A stretch of 32,000 nt of DNA, from assembly GCF_000284455.1 (NCBI RefSeq), contig NC_017039.1:3538115-3570114 (forward strand), given 5' to 3'. This DNA comes from Synechocystis sp. PCC 6803 substr. PCC-P. GTDB taxonomy: Bacteria > Cyanobacteriota > Cyanobacteriia > Cyanobacteriales > Microcystaceae. Of this stretch, positions 1 through 9,688 are shown one piece after another. The first letter of the stretch is position 1; every line of letters starts with the position of its first letter. The position numbers were made by a program, and so were the translations under genes. Under the pieces are notes generated by a model. The model searched no databases and had not been told where the DNA came from. It saw only the letters and a program-made list of their open reading frames with translations.

Positions 1-638
1 TGAATAAAGCCCAGGCTATGGGAAACCACGAGAATCGTCGTATTGTGTCCCCAGAGCTTATCCATTCGGGCTTGGGATTTGTGCTTGAAACTTTCATCCC
101 CCACAGATAAAACTTCATCCAAAATTAGAATATCCGGTTCCACATCGGTGGCAATGGCAAAACCCAACCGGGCTGACATCCCCGAAGAAAGGGACTTCAC
201 CGGCATATCCCCCAACGTTTGTAACTCAGCAAAATCCAGGATAGAATCCACCCGCTCCAACATTTCCTGGCGGGAAAATCCCAACATCACACCGTAGAGA
301 ATAATATTATCCCGCACACACAAATCCGGGTCAAAGCCAGCCCCCAGCTCGATCAATGGTGCTATTTCCCCCCTCACCCGCAAACTCCCAGCAGAGGGTT
401 CCAAAATACCGCAAATTACCTTGAGCAGGGTGGATTTCCCCGAACCATTGGAACCAATAATGCCAACTTTCTCCCCCGTCACCACCGTAAAATCTATATT
501 GTCTAGGATTAGCTTACGGGAGGGCTTACGATACTTACCCTCAATGAAAGATAGTACGGTGCGCTTCAGGTCGTAGGAAAATTCCTCCTGGGTTCGACGG
601 TACAAAGAAACTTTATCAAGACGAATAACTTCAGACAT
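1..638 (-). CDS. ABC transporter ATP-binding protein, polysaccharide/O-antigen export type (Wzt/RfbB-like), truncated by the left window edge
   Basis: Reverse-strand translation from CAT at 636-638: MSEVIRLDKVSLYRR...ILDNIDFTVVTGEKVGIIGSNGSGKSTLLKVICGIL...GEIAPLIELGAGFDPDLCVRDNI...LSSGMSARLGFAIATDVEPDILILDEVLSVGDESF. Walker A, signature-like LSSGM and Walker B are visible. Missing from the ORF track because it runs off the edge. Confidence 0.9.
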   Translation of the reverse strand, partial: MSEVIRLDKVSLYRRTQEEFSYDLKRTVLSFIEGKYRKPSRKLILDNIDFTVVTGEKVGIIGSNGSGKSTLLKVICGILEPSAGSLRVRGEIAPLIELGAGFDPDLCVRDNIILYGVMLGFSRQEMLERVDSILDFAELQTLGDMPVKSLSSGMSARLGFAIATDVEPDILILDEVLSVGDESFKHKSQARMDKLWGHNTTILVVSHSLGFI

Positions 639-650
639 CTAAAATTAGCT

Positions 651-1466
651 TTACAACAGATCCATGAAATTCTTTTGCCAGGAGCGAAAGCACAACCAAC
701 CCAGGGCCAATAAAATTAAACCATTTAATAGTCCATGAACAATCAAACCAGACTCGGGCAAATCCCCCGACAGGGAAATTTGACGAATACTGTCAATGAT
801 CGGTAACAGGGGGTTGATGACCAAAAAGCGGCGCACTTGTTCCGGCACAATTTCGGATGGATAGAAAATGGGAGAACCGATCCAGAGCATGAAGGTTACT
901 AGCTCATAGAAGTAGGGCAAATCCCGGAAAAATACGTAAAGGGCACTGACAAAAAAGCCTACCCCGGTGCACACTAGGCTCAGAGCCAACAAAGGAAAGA
1001 AAAGAGAAATGGCGTTAACAAACCACCAACCAGATTCCCAAGACTTATAAATGGTGACGATCGCCAATAGGGGTAATGGCCCCACCACAAATTGGAACAC
1101 GTTGGCGACGATCATGGAGAGGGGAAAGACACTGATGGGGAGCTTGATTTTATTCATGAGTCCCCCGCTGGCCACCACACTCGATAAAGCTTGGCTAGTG
1201 GAAGCAGAAAAAAAGTTAATCACTAACAGCCCCGTAAAGGCCGCCAGCACATAGTTCAGGGCAGACCCATAGAAGGAGGCAAAGGCCGCTCCGAAAATAG
1301 CCGCATAAATCCCTGTCATAATCAAAGGGTTTAGCAACGACCAGTAAACCCCCAAAAAGGAACCCCGGTAACGGCCTTTCAGGTTGCGCTCCACTAATAT
1401 CTGTAAAAGTTCCAAGTAGCGCTGAATCGGGGACCAGTTCACCCTTGTCGGTAGCGAAAGAGCCAT
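651..1466 (-). CDS. ABC-2 type polysaccharide/polyol-phosphate export permease
   Basis: ORF 651..1553; the internal Met (MALSLPTRVNWSPIQRYLELLQILVERNLKGRYRGSFLGVYWSLLNPL) looks like the better start. Hydrophobic segments and the 'RYRGSFLGVYWSLLNPL' signature of the Wzm/TagG family. 12 nt upstream of the ATPase gene. Confidence 0.85.
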   Translation of the reverse strand: MALSLPTRVNWSPIQRYLELLQILVERNLKGRYRGSFLGVYWSLLNPLIMTGIYAAIFGAAFASFYGSALNYVLAAFTGLLVINFFSASTSQALSSVVASGGLMNKIKLPISVFPLSMIVANVFQFVVGPLPLLAIVTIYKSWESGWWFVNAISLFFPLLALSLVCTGVGFFVSALYVFFRDLPYFYELVTFMLWIGSPIFYPSEIVPEQVRRFLVINPLLPIIDSIRQISLSGDLPESGLIVHGLLNGLILLALGWLCFRSWQKNFMDLL

Positions 1467-1672
1467 AAAAAATTCTAAAAGATTGCGGGGCGGCGCCGAG
1501 CTAAACAAGAATTGTATAGAGTTGTGTGACCTTTGTCGAGATGACAAGAACAAGAAAACTATGTAAGAGGGACTTTAGTAGTCCACCTAAATTACTCTTG
1601 GTTGATCAAGACTGCCCAAAGAAACTGGGTTAGAATAGGTCGGTTCACAATTTTCCTTACTGCCCAAATTCC

Positions 1673-2740
1673 ATGGTTGTCAGCACCGTTAATCCCACAG
1701 CGCCCATGCCTGTGACCCCCATTTTTAACCCCACTGGCAACGATTCCGTCGAGAACCGCACCATTTGGTTTGGCAACACTACCAACTTGATGCAGTTGAA
1801 TGATGTCCGCTACAACTGGGCAGTGGGATTGTATCAACAAATGCGGGAGAACTTTTGGATTCCCCAGCGCTTAGACATTACCCAGGATGTCACCGATTAC
1901 TGGAATTTAACCAACGAAGAGCGTTATGCCTTTGATGGTATTTTGTCCTATTTAACCTTTCTTGATTCTGTTCAAACCTGTAACATTCCCCATTTAAAAA
2001 GTAGCGTTACCGCGCCGGAAATTAGCCTGTGTATGGCGGAGCAAATTTCCCAGGAGGGTATGCATAACCAAAGCTACCAGTACATGATCGAGACGATTAT
2101 TCCCACGGAAAAGCGGGATAAGGTGTACGAATTTTGGCGCACAGACCGGGTGTTAAAGGAACGGTGCGAGTACATTGCCATGCTCTACCAAAAATATGTC
2201 GATCATCCCACCCAGGAGAATTATTTTATTGCCTTGATGGCGGACTATTTGCTGGAAGGATTATATTTTTACAACGGTTTTATTTACTTCTATAACCTTG
2301 CTTCTCGTATGTTGATGCCGGGTTCTGCGGACATTTTTAAGATGATCAACCGGGATGAGTTGAGTCACGTGCGGCTATACCAAAAGCTAATTCCCGAAGC
2401 CATGCAGGTCTTCACCCACTCCACGGATCAGATTTATGAAATGTTTGATAAGGCGGTGGAGTTTGAATGTCGCTGGACTAACCACATTGTCGGTAATAAT
2501 ATTCTCGGTATTACGGAATCTAGTACGGAACAGTACACTAAGTATCTTGCTAATAGTCGTCTACGGGCGATCGGTTTAGATCCCCTTTACACGGATGCTC
2601 GCTACGGGAAAAGTCCCTACACCCACTTGGAGCGTTTTTCCGACACGAAAAAAGAGGCTCACACTAAGGCGAATTTCTTTGAAGCAACGGTGACTAGTTA
2701 TGTGATGTCTTCTGGGGTATCCGGTTGGGACGAAATTTAG
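1673..2740 (+). CDS. nrdB: Ribonucleoside-diphosphate reductase, small (beta) subunit, class I
   Basis: 355 aa. Conserved iron ligands and radical tyrosine: LDS, QEGMHNQSY (E..H...Y), LLEGLYF, INRDELSHVRLY. Confidence 0.93.
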   Translation: MVVSTVNPTAPMPVTPIFNPTGNDSVENRTIWFGNTTNLMQLNDVRYNWAVGLYQQMRENFWIPQRLDITQDVTDYWNLTNEERYAFDGILSYLTFLDSVQTCNIPHLKSSVTAPEISLCMAEQISQEGMHNQSYQYMIETIIPTEKRDKVYEFWRTDRVLKERCEYIAMLYQKYVDHPTQENYFIALMADYLLEGLYFYNGFIYFYNLASRMLMPGSADIFKMINRDELSHVRLYQKLIPEAMQVFTHSTDQIYEMFDKAVEFECRWTNHIVGNNILGITESSTEQYTKYLANSRLRAIGLDPLYTDARYGKSPYTHLERFSDTKKEAHTKANFFEATVTSYVMSSGVSGWDEI

Positions 2741-3663
2741 GGCATCACCACTGTCCCTGCTTTCCCGTCAATAATGTCTAAGGCTTGATCAAGTTTGCCG
2801 ATGCCACACCATTGCCCGGTGGTTTCTACAAAGCGACAGGCCGCTTCTACCTTTGGCCCCATGGAACCCGCTGCAAATCGGTAACGGCGTAGATTTTTCG
2901 GGGTGGTTTGCTCAAAACAGTGAGCGTAGTTGGTGCTCCAATTTTCATACACACCATCGACGTCCGTTAGGAGTAGTAAACCTTGGGCTTGGAGATTTTG
3001 CGCCAACAGAGCAGCGGCTAGATCTTTGTCAATCACCGCTTCCACCCCTTGCAATCCTCCGGCTTCATTAACCACCACAGGAATGCCACCGCCCCCGGCA
3101 CAAACCACTAATGCGCCGCTCTTCACCAACAATTGAATGGTGGGTAGCTCAATAATCCTTTTGGGTTCTGGAGAAGCCACTACCCGGCGGTATCCCTGGC
3201 CGTCGGCGGCGATCGCCCAACCCCTTTCCTGGGCCAACTGTTGAGCTTGTTCCAGGGTATAAACCGGGCCAATGGGTTTGGTGGGTTGCAAAAAAGCTGG
3301 GTCCTGGCGATCGACCACAATTTGGGTCAATAGGGTGACCACATCCCGCCCAGGTAGTTGATTGCGTAATTCCTGCTCCAACAGGTAACCGATCATGCCT
3401 TCCGTTTCTGCCCCTAACACGTCCAAGGGATAGGGCTTACAGGATTTTTCGCACTCCCCCTGTAGGGCCAGTAACCCCACTTGGGGGCCGTTGCCATGGG
3501 TGACAACGACGGGATAATGCCGGGCAATTTTGGCGATCGCCAGAGCGGCAATGTGAATGTTAGCTTTCTGAATTTCCGCTTCCGGAGGTTGGCCCCTTTG
3601 CAGTAAAGCATTTCCGCCCAAAGCAATGACAATGGGTCTGGTGTTTTGGTTAGGAGAATTCAT
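2737..3663 (-). CDS. arcC: Carbamate kinase
   Basis: 308 aa; IVIALGGNALLQRG, VVTHGNGPQVG, VVCAGGGGIPVV, AVIDKDLAAALLA, LLLTDVDGVYENW, SMGPKVEAACRFVE are all characteristic. Confidence 0.93.
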   Translation of the reverse strand: MNSPNQNTRPIVIALGGNALLQRGQPPEAEIQKANIHIAALAIAKIARHYPVVVTHGNGPQVGLLALQGECEKSCKPYPLDVLGAETEGMIGYLLEQELRNQLPGRDVVTLLTQIVVDRQDPAFLQPTKPIGPVYTLEQAQQLAQERGWAIAADGQGYRRVVASPEPKRIIELPTIQLLVKSGALVVCAGGGGIPVVVNEAGGLQGVEAVIDKDLAAALLAQNLQAQGLLLLTDVDGVYENWSTNYAHCFEQTTPKNLRRYRFAAGSMGPKVEAACRFVETTGQWCGIGKLDQALDIIDGKAGTVVMP

Positions 3664-5023
3664 TGGCTTTGCTCCCTAGCCCCCGACGGGCTAAAAACAA
3701 ATCCAAAGCTTTACCTAATCCCGGTTCTTTCGCCTCGGCGTAATCATAAAAAACCCGCACCAATGGTTTATTCAATGGGATTAATCGGCCCAGATCACTG
3801 GGGGTACCGGATACCACCACGTCAACTTCAGCGGCATTGAGGGTATCCGCTAAAGCTTGTAATTGGGCGGGGAAATAACCCATCGCGGGCAAAATTTTCG
3901 TTAAATGGGGAAATTTAGCATAAACAGCGGCAATTTCCGGCACAGTGTAGGGTCGAGGATCAACTATTGTAATGTTCTCAATTTCCTTCACTGCCTGGTA
4001 ACCAGCACCGTAGTCCATGCCCCCGTGGGTAGTAGTGGGGCCATCCTCCACCACAATCACCCGTTTACCCCGCAGATCTAGGGGAGGTTCCAACCGCAAG
4101 GGCGATCGCCCTTGGATAATTTGGGCATCAGGGTTTAACTGGGCAATGGAACTAAGAACCTGGGTGATTTGGGCCACTGTGGCTACATCGGTTTTGGGAA
4201 TCAGGACAATGTCTGCCATCCTAAGCACCGCTTCCCCTGGATGGTAAAGGCTTTCGTCCCCCGGTCGTAGGGGATCCACAAGGACAATGTGTAAATCCGG
4301 TTGCACAAAGGGAAAATCATTATTCCCCCCGTCCCAGAGAATGACATCACTTTCTAAAGAAGCTTTTTCCACAATTAGGCCGTAATCTACCCCGGCATAG
4401 ACCACATGGCCCGCCAGAATATGGGGTTCGTATTCTTCCCGTTCTTCTACTGTGCAGTCCGCTTGGTCTAAATCTTCCAACTTGGCAAATCGTTGCACCG
4501 CCTGTTTTTGCAAATTACCGTAGGGCATGGGATGGCGAATGGCGCAAACCCTCAAACCGAGTTGCCGTAACCGTTGGGACAGCCAGCGACTCACCTGGGA
4601 TTTACCGCAACCGGTACGCACCGCTGACACTGCGATGACGGGTACTGTGGTTTTAATCATGGTTTGATTTGGCCCCAGTAGGACAAAATCTGCTCCGATC
4701 GCCAAACTGCGGGAAGCGAGATGCATGACCTGGTGGTGGGACACATCGCTGTAGGCAAACACAATTTGATCAACCCGATGTTCCCGGCAAAAATTTTCCA
4801 ACTGCCCTTCTTCAAGGATGGGAATACCGTGGGGATAAAGTTCCCCCGCTAAACTCGGCGGATAACGGCGATCGGCAATGCCCACAATCTGGGTCGCAGT
4901 GAAGGCCATCACTTCATACCGGGGATTATCTCGATAAACCTGATTGAAATTGTGAAAATCCCGCCCGGCAGCCCCTAAAATCACCACCCGCCGACGGTTG
5001 TCAGTAATTCTGTTTGTAACCAT
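3650..5023 (-). CDS. Cyclic 2,3-diphosphoglycerate synthetase-like P-loop protein
   Basis: ORF 3650..5062; start placed at the Met with a strong ribosome-binding site (CCGGAGGGAAGGGTT-ATG, CAT at 5021-5023). Translation MVTNRITDNRRRVVILGAAGRDFHNFNQVYRDN...VSAVRTGCGKSQVSRWLSQRLRQLG...DVVVSGTPSDLGRLI. Overlaps the arcC start by 14 nt. Confidence 0.75.
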   Translation of the reverse strand: MVTNRITDNRRRVVILGAAGRDFHNFNQVYRDNPRYEVMAFTATQIVGIADRRYPPSLAGELYPHGIPILEEGQLENFCREHRVDQIVFAYSDVSHHQVMHLASRSLAIGADFVLLGPNQTMIKTTVPVIAVSAVRTGCGKSQVSRWLSQRLRQLGLRVCAIRHPMPYGNLQKQAVQRFAKLEDLDQADCTVEEREEYEPHILAGHVVYAGVDYGLIVEKASLESDVILWDGGNNDFPFVQPDLHIVLVDPLRPGDESLYHPGEAVLRMADIVLIPKTDVATVAQITQVLSSIAQLNPDAQIIQGRSPLRLEPPLDLRGKRVIVVEDGPTTTHGGMDYGAGYQAVKEIENITIVDPRPYTVPEIAAVYAKFPHLTKILPAMGYFPAQLQALADTLNAAEVDVVVSGTPSDLGRLIPLNKPLVRVFYDYAEAKEPGLGKALDLFLARRGLGSKANEFS

Positions 5024-5369
5024 AACCCCTTCCCTCCGGACAATAGGCCACGCCGTCACCACTTCCTACAGGGCAACGTCCGTTCAATCAAATTTTCAAC
5101 CTTAAACACCAGCTCGAAATATGATTAACCAGGGTATTTTTTCTCTTGCTTTGCATTGATCCCCGGTTGCTTTTCTACCTTTTATCATAAACAGCAACGG
5201 GATTATTCCCAGAACCTTTGTTACAATACTTTGCCTGGGAACCTTCTCCCCAATCTTGGTTCGGCCAAAAAATTGCCCATTTTGATGGAGAAAAACCGCT
5301 AGGATATGGCAAATTTAAACTTTGATTATTAATCCACTTTTCCTCACTTACTCCCCGAATCATTGCACC

Positions 5370-6845
5370 ATGGCGATCGCCACAATCTTTGCCCAAATCT
5401 GGCAGTATTGCAAAAAGCCATTCCTCCACAATCTTGTTCTAGGTTTATTAATCAGTTTGGCGATCGTCCATCCCTTTTCCTTATTCAACCAAGTCCAAGC
5501 CCAAAATGCCTTTCCAGAAATCCGTGGAGTTTGGATCACCAATAATGACACCGTTCATTTTTTAGACCAGAACCGCACCACTGAATCCATTAACCTCCTA
5601 GCGGATCTAAATTTCAATACCATCTACCCCGTAGTCTGGAACTCCGGTTATGTTCTCTACGAAAGTGAATTTGCTAAAAGGGAAGGCTTACAACCCTTTA
5701 GCCCCAGGGGAGATCAAGGTCAGGATGTGTTAGCAGACATTATCGATAAGGCCCATCGGCGCAACATGTTGGTTTTGCCCTGGTTTGAATTTGGCTTTAA
5801 GGCTCCCCCGATGTCGGAACTGGTTAAGCGCCATCCCTGGTGGTTTACCCAAAAGCGGGACGGCACTAAAACTTCTGTGAGCGCTGCCGGAGAAGTGATG
5901 TGGATGAATCCTTTTCACCCTCAAGTCCAGACTTTTATTACGCAACTAGTCATGGACGCAGTTAATAAATACGATTTGGACGGGGTTCAGTTCGACGATC
6001 ACACCGCCCTGCCCAACGAATTTGGCTACGACAATTACACCATTTCTTTATATCAACAGGAAACAAAAAAAACTCCCCCCAGCAATCCTAAAGATCCGGC
6101 CTGGATTCGCTGGCGAGCCGATAAAATTACCGCATTCATGGTGCAGTTAAATGCCCGCATCAAAGCTGCTAAACCGAACATTCTCGTATCCGTCTCCCCT
6201 GCCACCTACAATCTCGCTTACAACACTTTTTTGCAGGATTGGTTGGATTGGATCCGCAAAGGCATTGTTGATGAAGTGATAGTTCAGGTTTATCGTACAT
6301 CTCTACCCACTTTTACTGAGCCGATCCAGAGGGCGGAGTTTAGGGAATCTAAAACCCTAATTCCCACCGCCGTTGGAATCTTAACCGGATTACCCACTAA
6401 GCAAGTGCCCATGCCTTTAGTGAATGATAAGGTCTATGCATCCCGAGCCCAGGGAATGGGAGTTTCCTTTTTTTATTACCAAACCCTCTGGGACATTGCA
6501 CCGGAAGAAAAAGATGATCGTATTCAATCCTTTCGCCGCCTATTTCCTTTCCCAGCCCCCCGTAGTTTAGTCAGAATTGCCCCGCCTCCCCCAATTACTC
6601 CGCCCCCATCTCCCCCTCCCGTTAATAATCCCGCAGCCCCTAACCCTAATCCGGCTCCACCACTCCAAGGCATTCCCATTCCCGTTGAAATGCCCACCAG
6701 TTCTGCCCCTAGCAATAATCCTGTTTTGCCGCAGAATGATCCCTTCCCCCCAAATACACCACCACCGACTCCAGTGCCCCAGGAACCAGGCGGTTTTCCA
6801 CCGGAACCGGTTTTGGACGACTCCATTCCCGTGGATTGGTACTAA
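5370..6845 (+). CDS. Secreted glycoside-hydrolase-like protein (GH10-like / DUF187 family) with a proline-rich C-terminus
   Basis: MAIATIFAQIWQYCKKPFLHNLVLGLLISLAIVHPF signal/anchor region, then EIRGVWITNNDTVHFLDQ, LNFNTIYPVVWNSGYVLY, HRRNMLVLPWFEFGF, YDLDGVQFDDHTALP. The last ~100 aa are Pro-rich. The track ORF opens at 5322. Confidence 0.8.
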   Translation: MAIATIFAQIWQYCKKPFLHNLVLGLLISLAIVHPFSLFNQVQAQNAFPEIRGVWITNNDTVHFLDQNRTTESINLLADLNFNTIYPVVWNSGYVLYESEFAKREGLQPFSPRGDQGQDVLADIIDKAHRRNMLVLPWFEFGFKAPPMSELVKRHPWWFTQKRDGTKTSVSAAGEVMWMNPFHPQVQTFITQLVMDAVNKYDLDGVQFDDHTALPNEFGYDNYTISLYQQETKKTPPSNPKDPAWIRWRADKITAFMVQLNARIKAAKPNILVSVSPATYNLAYNTFLQDWLDWIRKGIVDEVIVQVYRTSLPTFTEPIQRAEFRESKTLIPTAVGILTGLPTKQVPMPLVNDKVYASRAQGMGVSFFYYQTLWDIAPEEKDDRIQSFRRLFPFPAPRSLVRIAPPPPITPPPSPPPVNNPAAPNPNPAPPLQGIPIPVEMPTSSAPSNNPVLPQNDPFPPNTPPPTPVPQEPGGFPPEPVLDDSIPVDWY

Positions 6846-6931
6846 ATAGTTAATATTTTTTCAACATTATTCAACGGCTTACCCCCTAAACAACTGATTC
6901 CCCTTGCCGCTAGCCCACCCTCTGGCAGTTA

Positions 6932-8236
6932 ATGGAACTGGGAAAGATTAGTCCAATAATCATAAATTTGCTTAAAACGGTGGAAAACTTTGCTTTGACC
7001 GCCTTCCTTCAGGGGATTTTGGGTGCTTCTAGCATGGCCCTGGGGGCTTTAATTGCTGTGGCTTGGCAACCGGGAAGAAAATTTTTAGCCGCAGTGATGG
7101 CCTTTGGTAGTGGCACTTTGATGGCGGCGATCGCCTTGGAAATTGCCAGTGCTGTTTACCGCAGTGGCGGAGTTTTGGTTCTGGTAGGGGGCTTTTTACT
7201 GGGGGGAATCCTGTTTATTAGCTTGAGTAAATACATTGATGAACAAGGGGGATTTTTACGTAAGCCCGCCGCTAGCCGTCGCTATGTGGTGGAACATAAA
7301 ATGCTGGAATCCCATGAGTTGGTAGATTATTTAGCCCACAGTGAAGTGATGAATGCTCTGCCAGAGCAGGAAAGGCATCAACTTGCTGGTCTGCTCACTC
7401 CTCACCATGCCTACCCCAGAGAAGTACTTTGTCGGGAAGGGGACCAGGGGGATTATTTTTACTTTATCGGTGGCGGGGAAGCGGATGTGTATAAGGGCAC
7501 AACCTGGGTTAATCGGCTCACATCGGGCGATATTTTTGGGGAAATGTCTTTACTGACAGGAGAACCCCGGTCCGCTACGGTGGTGGCCGTCACTCCGATG
7601 GAACTGTATCAGTTGGATAAGGAAAACTTTGCCAATATTCTCAGTCAATCTCCCCATCTAGCCTTGGCCCTGAGCCGCAAACTCGCCCGCCGTTTACAGT
7701 CAGCCACGGACTTTGAGGCAATTGTCCCTCCCGAAGATAAGGTTTCGGTGTTGGAACCACTGGTAGAAGGCGATCGCCAGATGTTGGCCAAATTAGCCCA
7801 AAGCTCTGCTCCCATGGCCATCCTGGTGGGCACGCTGTTTGATAACATCCCGGAGGCTATGGTTATCGGCATGAACACCAATGTCACCCCCTGGGGTGGA
7901 GCGTTTCTGTTTGCCGTATTTATTTCCAATTTTCCCGAAGCCCTTTCCAGTTCCTTTGGCATGAAACAGGCCGGCATTTCCAACCGAAGAATTTTAACTC
8001 TCTGGTTTGGGGCGGTGGTGGCCAGTGGTCTGATCGCCATGGTGGGCTACTCCATTGGCCAAGGTGGCACTCTATTACTGGTGGCGGTGGCCCAGGCGAT
8101 CGCCGGAGGGGGAATTTTAGCCATGCTAGCCAGCACCATGATGCCGGAAGCCTACGAATTGGGCGGCAGTTCCGTAGCCTATGCCACCATTATTGGTTTT
8201 TTAGCCGGGTTTTTGATTTCCGCCTCCCATTTTTGA
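6932..8236 (+). CDS. ZIP-like membrane permease with an internal cyclic-nucleotide-binding domain
   Basis: 434 aa: N-terminal hydrophobic helices, then a cNMP domain (GDYFYFIGGGEADVYKG...SGDIFGEMSLLTGEPRSATVVAV), then ZIP-like helices with DNIPEAMVIG and NFPEALSSSFG. I recall this as slr0593. Confidence 0.85.
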   Translation: MELGKISPIIINLLKTVENFALTAFLQGILGASSMALGALIAVAWQPGRKFLAAVMAFGSGTLMAAIALEIASAVYRSGGVLVLVGGFLLGGILFISLSKYIDEQGGFLRKPAASRRYVVEHKMLESHELVDYLAHSEVMNALPEQERHQLAGLLTPHHAYPREVLCREGDQGDYFYFIGGGEADVYKGTTWVNRLTSGDIFGEMSLLTGEPRSATVVAVTPMELYQLDKENFANILSQSPHLALALSRKLARRLQSATDFEAIVPPEDKVSVLEPLVEGDRQMLAKLAQSSAPMAILVGTLFDNIPEAMVIGMNTNVTPWGGAFLFAVFISNFPEALSSSFGMKQAGISNRRILTLWFGAVVASGLIAMVGYSIGQGGTLLLVAVAQAIAGGGILAMLASTMMPEAYELGGSSVAYATIIGFLAGFLISASHF

Positions 8237-8251
8237 CCATACCCACGTCTA

Positions 8252-8406
8252 AGAGCCTGTTTGGAAAGTTGAGTTTTGGCTGTTTAATCCCCCCTAGCCC
8301 CCCTTAAGAAGGGGGGAACTGTCACAAAAGTACCCCTTTTTAAGCCGGAGCTTTAGTGAGGAGATTTAGGGGGATAAATACCTAGTGTACTTTTCAAACA
8401 CTTTCT
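8252..8406. repeat. Candidate MITE-like / small intergenic repeat element with imperfect terminal inverted repeats
   Basis: Left end AGAGCCTGTTTGGAAAGT; right end reverse-complements to AGAAAGTGTTTGAAAAGT. Subterminal TTAATCCCCCCTAG and TTTAGGGGGATAAA arms, plus a strong internal hairpin CCCCCCTT-AAG-AAGGGGGG at 8298-8316. Confidence 0.5.
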
Positions 8407-8485
8407 AAAACCGGGAAATTCCCGACCACTTGACATAAGCCACGACCAAAAGCAGAGGCTTTTGGGCAAATGATCGGATTAGCTC

Positions 8486-9550
8486 CTAAAAATCCCCATC
8501 TTCCCCCTGCTCTTCCGCTCCATCCTCTGTTTCCACCGGGAAAACCGCATTAACTAAAGATAATTTTTCCCGCACCTGTTGGTCGATGGTAGCGGCGATT
8601 TCAGGATTTTCCTCTAAATATTTCATGGCATTATCCCGACCCTGGGCAATGTTTTCGCCGTTATAGCTATACCAAGCCCCTTTGCGGGTGATGACTTCGC
8701 ATTTTTCCGCCAGGTCGATGGTGCAACCCATGCGGGAAATGCCCTGGCCAAAAATAATGTCAAATTCAGCGATGCGGAAGGGGGGAGCCACTTTGTTTTT
8801 AGCCACTTTCACTTTGGCTCGGATACCGTATTCCCCTTCGGTGCCTTTTTTCAGGGTTTGAATGCGGCGAATATCTAAACGTACGGAGGCGTAGAATTTC
8901 AGGGCATTACCTCCGGTGGTCACTTCGGGACTGCCGTAGGTCACACCAATTTTTTGCCGTAACTGGTTGAGGAAAATTACCAAACAACCCGATCGCCCGA
9001 TATTACCAGCAATTTTCCGCATGGCTTTACTCATCAAGCGAGCTTGGGAACCCACCGAAGTATCCCCCATTTCCCCTTCAATTTCCGCCCGGGGCACTAG
9101 GGCCGCCACGGAATCCACCACAATGATATCCACCGCAGTGGAACGCACCAACTGGTCAACAATTTCCAAGGCTGATTCGCCGTTATCTGGTTGGGCCACC
9201 AATAAATTATCAATGTCCACCCCCAGGGCTTTGGAATAAACGGGGTCAAGGGCGTGTTCTGCATCGACAAAGGCCGCGACTCCCCCCGCCTGTTGGGTGG
9301 CCGCCACCGCATGGAGGGCCAAGGTGGTCTTCCCGGAACTTTCCGGGCCGTAAATTTCCACAATCCGACCCTTGGGCAAACCGCCCCCCAGGGCCAAATC
9401 CAAAGTTAGAGCCCCAGTGGAAATGGTTTCAACTCGCATTTGGGTGGCATCTCCCAAGCGCATAATCGCTCCCTTCCCGAAGCTCCGCTCAATCTGGGCT
9501 AGGGCGGCGTTGAGGGCTTTTTCACGGTCGGAAATGTTGGTGCTGGCCAT
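8486..9550 (-). CDS. recA: Recombinase RecA
   Basis: 354 aa; [84 protein letters not shown]. Confidence 0.98.
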   Translation of the reverse strand: MASTNISDREKALNAALAQIERSFGKGAIMRLGDATQMRVETISTGALTLDLALGGGLPKGRIVEIYGPESSGKTTLALHAVAATQQAGGVAAFVDAEHALDPVYSKALGVDIDNLLVAQPDNGESALEIVDQLVRSTAVDIIVVDSVAALVPRAEIEGEMGDTSVGSQARLMSKAMRKIAGNIGRSGCLVIFLNQLRQKIGVTYGSPEVTTGGNALKFYASVRLDIRRIQTLKKGTEGEYGIRAKVKVAKNKVAPPFRIAEFDIIFGQGISRMGCTIDLAEKCEVITRKGAWYSYNGENIAQGRDNAMKYLEENPEIAATIDQQVREKLSLVNAVFPVETEDGAEEQGEDGDF

Positions 9551-9688
9551 GGATGTATGGGGATTGCAGAAGGAGATTCTATCTTAGATGCTCGGGAGAA
9601 AATTTTAACTTAATCCTAGGGCCAGGGGCGGTCAAATTGAGCGAATGGATAAAATAGACTAGCTAAAGATCCTAGAACCGAGGTAACG

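Noticed and set aside
43-297. 84-aa plus-strand ORF
   Set aside because: Antisense to the edge-truncated ABC ATPase, whose motifs are clear on the minus strand.
8967-9363. Antisense ORFs opposite recA (8967..9239 and 9097..9363)
   Set aside because: They lie entirely inside a certain recA gene, have no recognisable family sequence, and are explained by codon-bias shadowing.
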